Origin: Octopus vulgaris
Lineage: Eukaryota
Assembly (NCBI GenBank): GCA_951406725.2
Contig: OX597821.1
Coordinates: 83,452,001 to 83,516,000 of the forward strand
DNA length: 64,000 bases
Reading direction: 5' to 3'
The first letter of the stretch is position 1; every line of letters begins with the position of its first letter. Made by a program: the position numbers and the translations under genes. This document shows, piece by piece, positions 1 to 12,036 of the stretch. Below the pieces are notes generated by a model. That model saw nothing but the letters and a program-made list of their open reading frames with translations. It made no database searches and was not told the origin of the DNA.

Positions 1-1310
1 CATGGGAGGAGTCATGTGACAAAGAAGGAATCACAAGACAGAGAAAGAGTTATAGGACAAAGAAAGAGTCACAAGACAAAGAGAGAGAAAGAGAGAGTCT
101 AAAAATAATGAAAGAATCTGAGGCAAAAAAGAAGTCACAAGACAAAAGAAGTCTCTTTGCAGTCATTCCATCAGCTTGAATTAGCAGCCAAGTCAATAAA
201 ACATTAACACTTTTAGCAGAGTTCAGAAAAGAAGATGGGATGGTCAAAGCTGGTATGTTGAGCAAACATAAAAATTTAACACAGAGAAACATGGTAGTTA
301 TTTTCAGATGACATATTAATCTACTGGCACCCTGGTCATGAGTTCATATTTCAGCACAGTTGTGTTGTAACTCAAAGTAACAGACACCCTATTTCTACAA
401 ATTTACTTTATATAGAGAAGCATGTAAAGCCCTCTTTAAATGGTGAATCTAATGTGGAAGAGCAGTGCCGAATACACAAACACAAACACACACACACCAT
501 GGTCCATTTGTTCCCCACTATTTTAAAAGGATGGGAAGTAAGTGTAACATGGTATCTGGTTTAACTCTACTGCTTATTCCTTTAAAAACTCTGGCAATAT
601 TCAATGTTGCAAGCATTTGGTCCAGACAACCCTGCCCTGCATTCAATTTCCTCCCCCACCTGCATTGTACTTGTAGATATACTGTGCATGAGTTGCAATC
701 TTACCTGCATGGAAGGGCCTACAAAGATCATAGGCACTACCCCCATCTCTCCTGATTAACTTACAAAATAGTCAGGGAATACAATAGGATACAATATACT
801 AACCTCTTCATTAGTGAGGAAGAGACAGATTTCTACCCTGGAAAATATTCAACCTTGCATAACAAAATTAAAGTTGACAATAATGGATTCTCAAATGAAG
901 AACATATAAAAATATTTTTGCACTTTACATAAGTGCAGGCATGGCTGTGTGGTTAAGAAGTGCACTTTGCAACCTCATGGTTCTGGGTACAGTCCCACTG
1001 CACAGCACCTTGGGCAACTATCTTCTACTATAGCCCTGGGCTGAGTCAATCCTTGTGAGTGAAGTTGGTAGATAAAAACCAACACAAAAAAAAAAACTTG
1101 TACTTTTTTATCTTTACTTGTTCCAGTCATTGGACTGCAGCCATGCTGGGGCACCACATTGAAGGATTTAGTCAAACAAATTAACCCCAGGACACACAAA
1201 CATATATGCCACTGTATGGTACTCTGGTTGAGTGTCTTCTATTAATAACCTCAGGTTAACCAAACCCTTGTGAATAGATTTGATAGATGGAAACTAAAAG
1301 AAGCCCGATG

Positions 1311-1346
<36 letters not shown>

Positions 1347-1671
1347 TATGTGGGGGAGGGTGTTTGTTCCCTGTCACCGTTGACAACAAGTGTTGGTTTG
1401 TTTACATTACCATGACTTAGCAATTAGGTAAGAAAGACGAATATAAAACAAAACATAAGTACTGGACTCAATTTGTTCAACTAAAACCTTCAAGGCAGTG
1501 CTCAAGCATGGCCACAGTCTAAAGACTGAAACAAGTAAAAGACAAAGGTGAAAGACAAATTGATAAATTGAGAAGGCAAAAGAATTTGAGAATAAAATGT
1601 AGATGAACAGTTGTACACAAGAACTGAATATTGAAACTAATTGGGAAATCACAAAATTAATGGTCTTAGGC

Positions 1672-2188
1672 CACTGGTTCCAAAAATTTTGAAATTCTAC
1701 CATCACTGCTTCTCTCTCACTACCATTATCTATATCTCTCATTTTCAATTGAGAATTCTTTTTAAATCATAAGAAAAAATGAGAAAAACTGAAAATGCAT
1801 GTTTTGACTGGTTTTATTAAGCAAGTAAAAAATTTGCAAATGTAACAATCATATAGACAGAAAATTTAATAAAAGAAAGAATAAAATAAACTTGTTAAAA
1901 TTATAAAAGTAAACAAGTAAATCAAGAAAAAAAATTAAATAAAAGTGACTGAAATATAAAATTAAATGAACACGAATTTATTATTTTATTCTTGATAAAA
2001 ACATGTTAAAATTAAAGCATGATTTTAAAATATAGAAAAAATCCAAAATCCAAAAATCAAAGAAATAAAAACTAGCTTATAAGAGGAAACATACTTGCTA
2101 AGTTCACGTATGCCATTCCAAAAAAAAGACTTCACCTACCCATTCCTTCAGAGACTCTAGGGGGTAAACCCCTGGTTGGGAACCATTG
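1672..2188. mobile_element. Non-autonomous hAT (Charlie/Buster-like) element, old
   Basis: Ends CACTGGTTCCAAAA ... TTGGGAACCATTG. Flanking 8-mers tcttaggc / tcttagac (7/8 TSD). Confidence 0.65.
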
Positions 2189-3542
2189 TCTTAGACTAAG
2201 CTGTTTTCTAAAATATTCTTGACATAAAAAAATTTGAAGGAAGGATAAAAGAAAAAATTTGCGTAAGATCTCAGTTTTGCAAAGTAAGATAAACTTTTTA
2301 CCATAGAAACAAGGCTCGAAATTTGAGGGGAGGAGGCTAGTCAATTACATCGACCCCAGCGCTAAAGTGGCACTTATTTTATCAAACCCTAAAGGACAAA
2401 AGTTAAAGTTGACCTTGGTGGAATTTAGACTGAGAATGCAAAGCCAAAAGAAATGTCATGCAGTATTTTGTCTGTCACGCTAACAATTCTACCAGTTTGC
2501 CATGGAAAATAATAAGACAAATACAATATTGATTTTTGCAAACCAAATCTGGTCACCTGGGTCAACACACTCTAAATTAAACAAATGTTAAACTTACTTA
2601 TGTCTCAAATTTGTGCTGAAGTCTGGAATTATTTTACAATAAAAGTGGTAAATTGGCAGAATAATTGCTAGAGATGGAAAGAATGCCTTGTGGTCATCTT
2701 CATCATCATCGTTTAACGTCTGCTTTCCATGCTAGCATGGGTTGGACGATTTGACTGAGGACTCTTGAACCAGATGGCTGCACCAGGTTCCAGTTTGATC
2801 TGGCAGAGTTTCTACAGCTGGATGCCCTTCCTAACATCAACCACTCCAAGACTGTAGTGGGTGCTTTTATGTGCCACCGGCACAAGGGCCAGTCAGGCAG
2901 TACTGGCAACGGCCATGCTCAAGTGGTGTCTTTTACGTGTCACCTGCACAGGAACCAGTCCAGCGGCACTGGCAACGACCTCAAGTGTGAATTCCATCAA
3001 GGACCCCTTGGAATTGATATGAAAAAAATACCTATCAAGAATAATGGATTGGTGGAATTGTTACACCAAATACACTGGGGTCTCTGTTCTGGACCTTTGT
3101 GTTTTGAAAGCAACACATACAGTGCTTTTGGTGCTAAGCTGCATTGGCTCAAAATGGAGGGTTTTTCTTTGGACAACAAAGGCATGGGTAAGGCTGTGAA
3201 GTTGAGAGGCTTATGGTCTCAATCCCACTCAGTAGCACTTTGGGTAAATGACTTCTACTATAGCCCTGAGCCAACCAAAACCTTATGAGTGGATTCGATA
3301 GATGGAACCTTGAAAGTAAGGTCAACTAAAGAAAACATGGAGGAGAAGATTGGGAGGGTTGGCTTGAGGAGGGATGATGCCTAAAACTGGACGAGATGGT
3401 GTGAGAGTGGTTGTTGTTAGAGTGAGGTAGATTCAGCCATCCCCATTAACGGGGACAAACCTGGATTTAAAATAGTGGACATCAATCAATGGAAACTGGA
3501 AGGAGCCCATCATACACACACGTACATACATACATATATATG

Positions 3543-3589
<47 letters not shown>

Positions 3590-3762
3590 ATGCGTGGTTC
3601 ATTATTTCCAGAGTTGCCTGACTGGGTCCCCATGCTAGTGGCACATAAAAAGCACCATCCATATGTGGTCAATGCCAGCCTCCTGGCTTGACAGTCCCCA
3701 GTCAAACAGTTCAACCTATACCAGCATGGAAAACAGACATTAAACAATGATTATATATATAC

Positions 3763-4515
3763 ATATTCTCTTCTCTATGCCTGCGAGACATGGGTCGCAT
3801 ATCGATACCACCTTAAACAACTGGAATGTTTCCATCAGATGTGTCTCAGACGGATCTATGGTATTAAGTGGGAGGACCACATCAGTGATCTTGAAATATT
3901 GGAAGGCTCTCGGTGTGAAAGTATAGAAGCTCTTGTGTTAAAGCAAAGGCTCAGATGGAGTGGTCATCTGGTCAGAATGAAGGATTCAAGGATGCCAAAA
4001 CAACTCTTTTATGGAGAGTTAGCTAAAGGAGAATGACCTCCACAAAAAACCAAAAAAGAGATATAAGGACTTTCTGAAGGCTTCCTTAAGAGATGCTTGC
4101 ATCTCTCCTGACACATGGGAGGGCATAGCTATTGATCGTAGCAGGTGGAGAAGGATTGTGAACGAGGGGACAGCTACTTTTGAGAAATCTCAAGTTGTGC
4201 ATGAGAAAGTAAGGAGGGATGTCAGGAAGTGCATCGCTGTTACACTTCCAGATGGGAAGGGTCTTCCTATGATGCTGACATGCAGTGTCTGTGCAAGACC
4301 CTGCCTCAGTAAAGCTGGACTCAAGAGTCATCATTGTAGTCATATAGCGAGACAGATGAGTGACAACCTGGTCACTGGTGGTGGTGTTACACACCATACT
4401 AATCATATCTGTTGGGCATGTGGAAGGGAGTGTAATTCGACAGGAGGACTTAAACGACATGCAAGGGTACATGAAGCCCAGTTACAACCACAGACGGCTA
4501 TTGCCAGTAACAGTA
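3763..4515 (+). mobile_element. RTE-clade LINE fragment: ORF2 C-terminus with two C2H2 fingers
   Basis: LLYACETWVAYRYHLKQLECFHQMCLRRIYGIKWEDHIS...RLRWSGHLVRMKDSRMPKQLFYGEL, typical of RTE/BovB. One in-frame TGA at 4034-4036; the same frame continues to CSVCARPCLSKAGLKSHHCSH and CWACGRECNSTGGLKRHARVH. Confidence 0.9.
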
Positions 4516-5315
4516 CATTATATATATAATATTATATATATAACAGCAATTCAGTACAAGACATTGTAGATCTTTAGCTGGGCTAAAAAGTCACATTCGA
4601 TCACAGCACCAATAACAGTTAAGCTTCATGCAATGGCCATACTTGATAATGAGGGGCAGCCATCATATATATATGTATATATATCATCATCATCATCATC
4701 ATCATTTAGCGTCCGCTTTCCATGCTAGCATGGGTTGGACGGGTCAACTGGGGTCTGTGAAGCTGGAAGGCTTCGTCAGGCCCAGTCAGATCTGGCAGTG
4801 TTTCTACGGCTGGATGCCCTTCCTAACGCCAACCACTCGTACATACACACACACACACATATTGTGTGTACAATTAGATGTATGACTAAAGCTGCTGAGT
4901 TAAAGCTCCATGTAGCTTATCATTATCCAGTTGGCCTGATGCTATAGTAGACGACACTTGCCCATGGTTCCATGTAGTAGGACTGAACTTAGAACCATGT
5001 GGTTGGGAAGCAAGCTTCTTACCACACAGCTAAGCCTGCACTTATGTGTTTATCTTAATTTTCCAGTGTGTGTGTGTGTTTGAGAGTACGCTTGACTTAG
5101 TATCACGTGATGATTGTAAACAAGCATCACCATCATACAAGCAGTGTTGTTTGTTTCCAGTCTTCCACAAAATAAACCTTCCTCAGGCTTGTGCATGCAA
5201 ATCTGGGTAAAATAATTGTTCAACAATGACAAAGGTAGGTTCTAAAATTTACAGTAAATATATAAAATATGATAAAATATTTTACAAGAAAATCATGCTG
5301 CTCAATGGTACTTAC

Positions 5316-5396
5316 CAAAGTTTTGCAAAACTTTCAAAATCCTTTCATCTTGTTTAGCACTAAGTATTACGTAGGTGGGTTGAACCTGAGCAATAA
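5316..5396 (-). CDS. MSH5: MutS homolog 5, next coding exon (81 nt, phase 1 to 1)
   Basis: Strong acceptor tttttctcttctctctttctccag| and donor |gtaagt. In frame with the previous exon it gives (V)IAQVQPTYVILSAKQDERILKVLQNF, containing the MSH5 motif SAKQDE (human [20 protein letters not shown], from memory). Not in the ORF track. Confidence 0.9.
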
Positions 5397-5422
5397 CTGG
5401 AGAAAGAGAGAAGAGAAAAATA

Positions 5423-5985
5423 TTGGGTTGTCCGGAAAGTTCGTGCCGGTTTTTAAAGGAAAGAAAAAGGTCAATAAATACTTGCCATTACATTTTTAAT
5501 CAACCAAATATGAACCATTTTGTTGCACAATGCGTCTCCATCTTTCCTTTAACTTGAAAATACCCTCTTCCCAGAATTGAGGTGGTTTCATGGCAAAGAA
5601 TTCAAGGTATCTTTTTACGTCATCCAAGGAATTGAAATTTTTACCATTAAGACTATTCTGCAAAGACCTGAATAAGTGGAAATCCGAAGGAGCAATATCT
5701 GGTGAATATGGCGGGTGGGGTAACACATCCCAGCCAAGCTGCAGCAATTTTTGTCTGGTTCCCAAAGCATCAAGTGCCGAAAATGAACTTTCTTATCTTC
5801 CATTTTTAAGCATTACAGAATTAACACAGGTTATAGGAACATAAACCTTCTTTCACGAAAAGATAGCTCAAACTGCGCTCTAAATGGAGGTGTAGTCAAA
5901 TCCTATTTTATGAACTCAACCATGTTCTAAAATAAGTCGAAAGGTAAGCTACTATAAATCGGCACAAACTTTCCGGACAACCCAA
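5423..5985 (-). mobile_element. Internally deleted mariner element
   Basis: ~30-bp TIRs (TTGGGTTGTCCGGAAAGTT...) with TA on both sides. Transposase N-terminus MEDKKVHFRHLMLWE is joined directly to the C-terminus ...LPHPPYSPDIAPSDFHLFRSLQNSL...NGSYLVD*. Confidence 0.95.
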
Positions 5986-6550
5986 TAATAACAGTGTAGT
6001 TAATTTGCTGATGTAGCATTTTATGTACACAGCATCAACGAAATCCATTTTCAATGCTGGCATTGATTGGATGGTTTGACAGGAGCTGGCAAGGTCAGGA
6101 GCTGCACCAGGTTCCATGGTCTGTTTTGGTTTGGTTTCTGCAGTCTGATGCCCTTCCTGATGTCACTTTTGAACTGTTTCAGTCATTAGACTACAGTTAT
6201 ATTTGGACACCACGCTGAAGGGTTTAGTTTAACAAATTGACCCCAGCACTTATTTTTTAAAAAGTCTGATACTTAATCCTGAGGTTTCTTTTGCTAAACC
6301 CACTAAGTTGCAAGGATGTAAACAAACAAACACCAATTATCAAGTGGTGAGAGGGAAGCAAACAAATACACAAAGACACACACAAACACAAATACGATTG
6401 GTTTCCATACAGTTTCTGTTCATGAAATTCGCTCACAAGCTGAATTTGGCTCAGGGCTATAGTATAAGACACTCAACCAAGCACTGGGATGGAAACATAA
6501 TCTGTGTGGCTGCAAAGCAAGGTTTTAACCACACAGCCATGCCCACATCT

Positions 6551-6903
6551 TATTACCTCCACCTTAGCGAAGGCAGAGTCAGTCGTGTTTGTTTGTCCGT
6601 GGACAAGATATCTCAAGAACTGCTGGATGGATTTGGATGAAACTTTCAGGGATGTTTGGTCTCATGACTGGCACAAACTGATTAGATTTTGGGATCAATC
6701 TGGTGCTGGACAAGGGTTCTGGATTATTTTTCCTATTTTTTCCTTAATTTTTGAGAGTGGTCAGGTTCATTTTTAGTATTCTCATTTGTGAGAGCAATCA
6801 AGTTTATTTCAGATATTCTCATTTAAAAAATAATCTGTGGCTAATCGTTGAGGGGACATTGGTGTTGCCTTGGCAGAGGTTTGCACTCTCTGAGTGCTCT
6901 TGT
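6551..6903 (+). mobile_element. Helentron-associated (HINE/DINE-1-like) non-autonomous element
   Basis: Subterminal inverted repeats ACCTCCACC / GGCAGAGGT, a GTTT/GTCC microsatellite seed, 3' hairpin GCACTCTCTGAGTGC and T-rich flanks. Confidence 0.6.
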
Positions 6904-9900
6904 TTATTATTTTTTCATGACACATTTTAAGAACAATAGTGTTGTTGGTTACAGGTTTCCTCTGAATCAATCACTGGTTCACTGGATTTACAATGGTGAT
7001 AATGACAATGGATTATCTGCACAAACTCAACTGAAAGAAATGCCACAAGGAGCCTTGTTCAAATATACTGGTTTGTAGGTTTTCTAACAGTTCTTTAGAT
7101 TTTTCACCAAAAGATATGCACATACACGTACATATGGGTGTTAGGAAAGGCATCCAGCTAGAGAAACTGTGCCAAAGCAGATAATTGGGGATGGCACACT
7201 CCTCTGGCTTCCTAGCTCCTCTCAAGCTCTCCGACCCATATCATATGGAATATAGATGTAAAATGATAATAATGGGCTTCCACAGTTTTTGTCTATGAAA
7301 TTTTACTTGCGATGTGAAGCTATGATAGATTACACTTGCTCAAGATACTTTGCAACAAGATCAAACCCAGGTCACATAGTTGCACAGTAAACTTTTGAAC
7401 CACAAATTAATAACAAAGTTAACCCTTTCATTACTGTATTTATTTTGAGATACTCTGTGTTTCTTTCAATCATTTTAAATATAACAAAGAATTTAGTAAA
7501 ATAACTTAGTTATCATTCAGCTTGTATTAGGAACATAAATTGTGTCTAAGGTTTGGTGGAAGATTTTAATTCAAAACTTATGAAAACAAGATATTTTACC
7601 ACAGAGCCAGAGCCGGTTTTGGCCGGGTTAGTAACAAAAATCCAGAGTCAATAAAATGGTTTCACATTTTGGCACAAGGTCATTAATTTGAAGGGGAGGT
7701 GGGGGCCAATCAATCCCAATGACCTCATTACTTGACTGTTACTTATTTCATTAATTCAAAAAGGATGGAAAATAAAGTAGGCCACTGTGAGATTTGAACC
7801 GAGGATGTAAAGAACCAGATAAAACGAATACCAAATATATATAGAGGTCAATACAATTGATTAAAACTCCTCCTTGGTGTTATGGCCTAGTGCCAGTGTG
7901 AAAAGTCATTAATAATTAGCTATATATATATAACTTTCTTAAGTACCAATGAATTTGGCATCTTAGTCCTTCCAATGTTGAAAAGCACCATCTTCAAAGA
8001 CTTGAAAGTGTTTTCAAAGATGTCATTTTTATTGATTTATATATATATTTCTATGTTAATTCTTTCTCTTTGTAATAAATTAATTAGTTAGCTGATATAA
8101 TATATAGGTTTTAGTTGTTTTGTAGCAACAGAATAACGGTTTCAATTTCTAGTAGTCCTATCCTATCAATTCCTATTTTAAACTAGGTGTAATGTAGGGT
8201 TCGTTTGATTCTATCGGTTTACTTCATACAGTGGGAGAACAGAATCAGATTAAATAATTCATTCTGGGTTTTCCATTTATTTTTATCAAACCTCAAACAA
8301 CAAGAAAGGCAGCAGCAGCAGCCCACCACCCACTACCACTACCACCTTCATTTAGCATCCATCTTCCATGCTGGTATGGATCGGATGGCTTGAGAGGTAC
8401 TAGTGAGCCAGACAACTGCACCAAGCTCTGCTGTCTGCACTGACATGGTTTTTACTGCTGGATGCCATTCCTAATGCTAATCACTTTAATGAGTTGTGCA
8501 CTTTTTTTTCCAGAACAGATGAGAACAGAAATTAATACAGTTACACCACTTTTGAGGCATTGATCTAATAATCTAATTCTAATAATCATTAGGATTTATA
8601 ATTCCAATTCCAATTCATTAGGGTTTCTAATTCTAATAATCATAAGGATAAGTTAGCCTTCCCTGAAATTCTATAACCTTTTAAATAGTATACTACAGAC
8701 TAATATAGTCAGTCAACCTGTTTATTTTCTCCATTAATACCCTGTTGAAGTGTCAAATGCAATAGGACCCATCTTCTTGTTTATTCATCATCAAATCTTA
8801 TTTGAACAAGTGCTTTGATATTTCTTTCAGTGATGTCAGTGTATTGAATATGGCAAGGATTTATGTGACATGTAGATCCAGAGTATATCTCACTATCTCT
8901 ACCTTTCAACAACTGAATCCCTATTCAATAGCAGGTTTAAGTTCCAAACCTAAGTTGAAAGTCATTTAGGGTGTACAGAAAGTTACCAGAAACTAACCCA
9001 ACAGCGATCCTTATTCTGCATTTTCTCACCAGTAAACCTAAGTATTTTAAATTTACCAAGCTACTTTATTCCTTGTCTTCCCAAGTCAACTCATACTCCT
9101 GCTTTTTCTTTTTGCTTTTCTTTTTCTGTTTCCATTTTCAATACCTCTAATCTGGTGGAAGGGACTATACTCAAGGCCTCTACAACCTCACCCCTCAACA
9201 CTAATGAGATAAATGTGATTAATGTTATCTCAATAGTTGAAAGATGATAGTTGTAGAAAAAAAACCCCTGAGAGATGAGGAGAGAATTCCAGAGGGATAA
9301 CATTTTGGAGAGGCAGGACTTGGTATAGTTGTGAATGCAAAGGCTTGGGTAAGGTGACAACAAAGATGGCATGAAGAGATTGAAAATCTGATATCACACA
9401 CACAGAGGCTAACCTAATCATTTTTGTAATTCAACAACTGCATTCACACACTGCTATTTCACATAGTACATTGGCAGCATCAGAGCCAATTCATTCTTCA
9501 AGTGTTGCCCAAAGCATTCTAACCTTCACTGTTTCCATTTCACTGTTGTACATTGTCATTTGTGTAATTCAGATACTTTATAATCACTTCAAGTCTGCAA
9601 GATTATAACCAGTACTAAATCACAGATCTTCTACTTACATTGTCAATACGACCATGCTTATATTCTCAGGTACAATTGATGCATGCGTAATAAAGATTAA
9701 CCTTTAAAAGGAATCAATTTAACTTCAGGATAAATATATTTATGTCCACTTCTTTATACTAGAATTACCTGATATCAGACGATAGTGATACTGTGTAGGT
9801 GAAAACAGATTCAATTTATACTTGTGACTTATTCACACAATAGACAGAGACATTTGAAACAGTAAGAGATAGAGATTTTTTTTGTATTTTTCACTTGCTG

Positions 9901-9919
9901 GCTGTAGAGGGAAAAGCAG

Positions 9920-10940
9920 TGTTCATGATCTTCGCAGACTATCTGAAACTAAAGACACTGATGCCATTAATGTTCTGCTTAAACTGTTGAAAGTCAACAC
10001 CTGCAGGAATGATAGGAGCAGGAAGGGGATTCCAGATAGATGAAGATTAGGGGAGGAAGGATTGGGTGTAGTGGTTAATGCAGGAGCCGGAGTACTGAGT
10101 ACAACATGGTTGATGAAAGGAGAGGACATAAGACATCTATGAATGCCTGAATGGATGTAACATGAGAACAGCTTGGTCTGAAGAGCAATGGCCATTATAG
10201 TTTCAGTAGAAAATGCAGAAAAAGGAGACAGAATGCTTGTGGGCCAGAAGCTAAAGAGTATCAGTAAGTGATTTCATGTCAAACTGTCAAGTAGCTTTGA
10301 TAGTGGTTACAATCATGATGTTAGTAGTTGTACCAGTAGGGAAGCTGGTGGTAGTGGTAAGGATGGTGCTAATATTGGCGATTATAGTAATAGTGATACA
10401 TTAGGATACAATCTAGAATCTCTGTGTGAGTTCAACAGCAGCCCCATGCCAGGTGTGAGAGCAATATTCCATTGTGAACCTCATTTGAGCTTTAAAGAGT
10501 GTCAGTAATTGATGGGGGTCTGAAGTACTTTCTGGCAATGAAAATAAGGGCCAGTCTCTGAGATGTAGTCTTTGCTTTATTAAGGATGTGCTTTTGTCAG
10601 GAAAAGTTTCCAATGGTAACAAAACTAACATTTGGAGCAATTTCAAAAGCTCTAATTGCATGCTACTAGTAATTAAGTTATTTTGCAATTATGTTATTTT
10701 GATGATGTTTTGAGGTCTCTGTTCACGGAATCAGTGCATGTGATATCTAGGTTGCATGTGGATAATGCATGGTTGGGAAAAGTTAAGGACGTGTAACGGG
10801 AAGTATCATCTACATAAGTACAAGCATTGTTGGATATGATCAAGAGTTGATCTTTGAAGTATAGAAGGAAGAAAATGAAAAACAAAACAAACTGAGTTCT
10901 GAGGTAAACCAGAATTAATAGAGTGTAGGACAAAAAGAGC
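9920..10940 (-). mobile_element. Degraded CR1/L2-group LINE (RT to C-terminus)
   Basis: Frameshifted pieces FLLYFKDQLL..TYVDDT (YADD-like), QLLTLFKAQMRFTMEYCSHTW and NHYTQSFLP*SSSIWNPLP..FQQFKQNIN. Similar 3' fragments at ~9230-9370 and ~57080-57210. Confidence 0.75.
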
Positions 10941-11912
10941 TCAGCCAACACACGTTGAGGCATCATCAACATTGTTTTAACATCCACATTTCCATGCTTG
11001 CATGGGTTGGATAGAATTTATTGGGTATACTTTCTACCACTGGATGCCCTTCCTGTTACCAACTCTCACCTGTTTCCAAGCAAGTTAATTATTTTCCCAT
11101 AGCAAGATGAAGTTTTTCACAGAATGCTGTAAATGAACTTTGTTGTATGAAAATGATGTATATACAACCATCACGTAAAGTCTAGACAAGGGTATACACA
11201 AGAACATATGCACAAACATACATATATACAACAAGCTTCCTTTAGTTTCCGTCTACCAAATCCACTCACAAGGCTTTGATTGGCTTGGAGCTTTAGTAGA
11301 AAACATTTGTCCAATGTGCCACAGAGTGGGCATGTGGTTGGAAAACAAGCTTCTCAAACACATAGCCAAGAGAGAGTGATTATACAGGACTTACTGATCC
11401 AAGTTTTATTCTCTTGGAGCATTTGGTACTTTGCTCTATGGCTGATATTCACTAATATGTACCATGTGCCCATAGTCTTCTCTGTTGTACATTATGTCTG
11501 GTTCCTCTTATACTGAGTTTTTCTCTCTTTTGCATTCTGGCATTCATGCACATTAATATTACATATCCAGCAAAACAGTCCAGATTTGTAAAAGCAACCA
11601 CACTTATGCTAATATAGGAGAAGTGATTTGAGGAGGCAAGCTGGCAGAATCATAAGCACACCAGACAAAATGCTTAGCAGCATGTTGTCTGTCTTTATGT
11701 TCTGAGTTCAAATTCTACCAGGGTTGAATTGCCTTTCATCCTTTTGGGGTCGATTGAATTAAGTACCAGTTGAACACTGGGGTCAATTTAATCAACTTTG
11801 TCCCGTCCCAAACCTGCTGGCCTTATGCCAAAATTTGAAACCAATATGGGAGGAAATGAATGAGAAATAGTGAAAGAGAAACAACAGATACAAATTGAAA
11901 TTGAGAAATTAC

Positions 11913-12036
11913 CTGAGAGCAATGTCAAAAAGTTATCAGTCTCCTGTGTGTCGAACATCATCCGAATTTCAGTTGTATCTACATCATAGCAGGCAACACC
12001 AAGTTGTTCATTCTGCCAAAAGACGCTTAAGTATAC
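11913..12036 (-). CDS. MSH5: MutS homolog 5, internal coding exon (124 nt, phase 0 to 1)
   Basis: Acceptor ttgcag| and donor |gtaatt. Encodes VYLSVFWQNEQLGVACYDVDTTEIRMMFDTQETDNFLTLLS, which aligns with the MSH5 N-terminus as I recall it (human [41 protein letters not shown]). Confidence 0.9.

Noticed and set aside
1-5315. Search for the next MSH5 exon
   Set aside because: AG..GT segments near 813-837 and 2597-2621 give a stop or no MSH5 similarity, so the gene probably continues beyond the window start.
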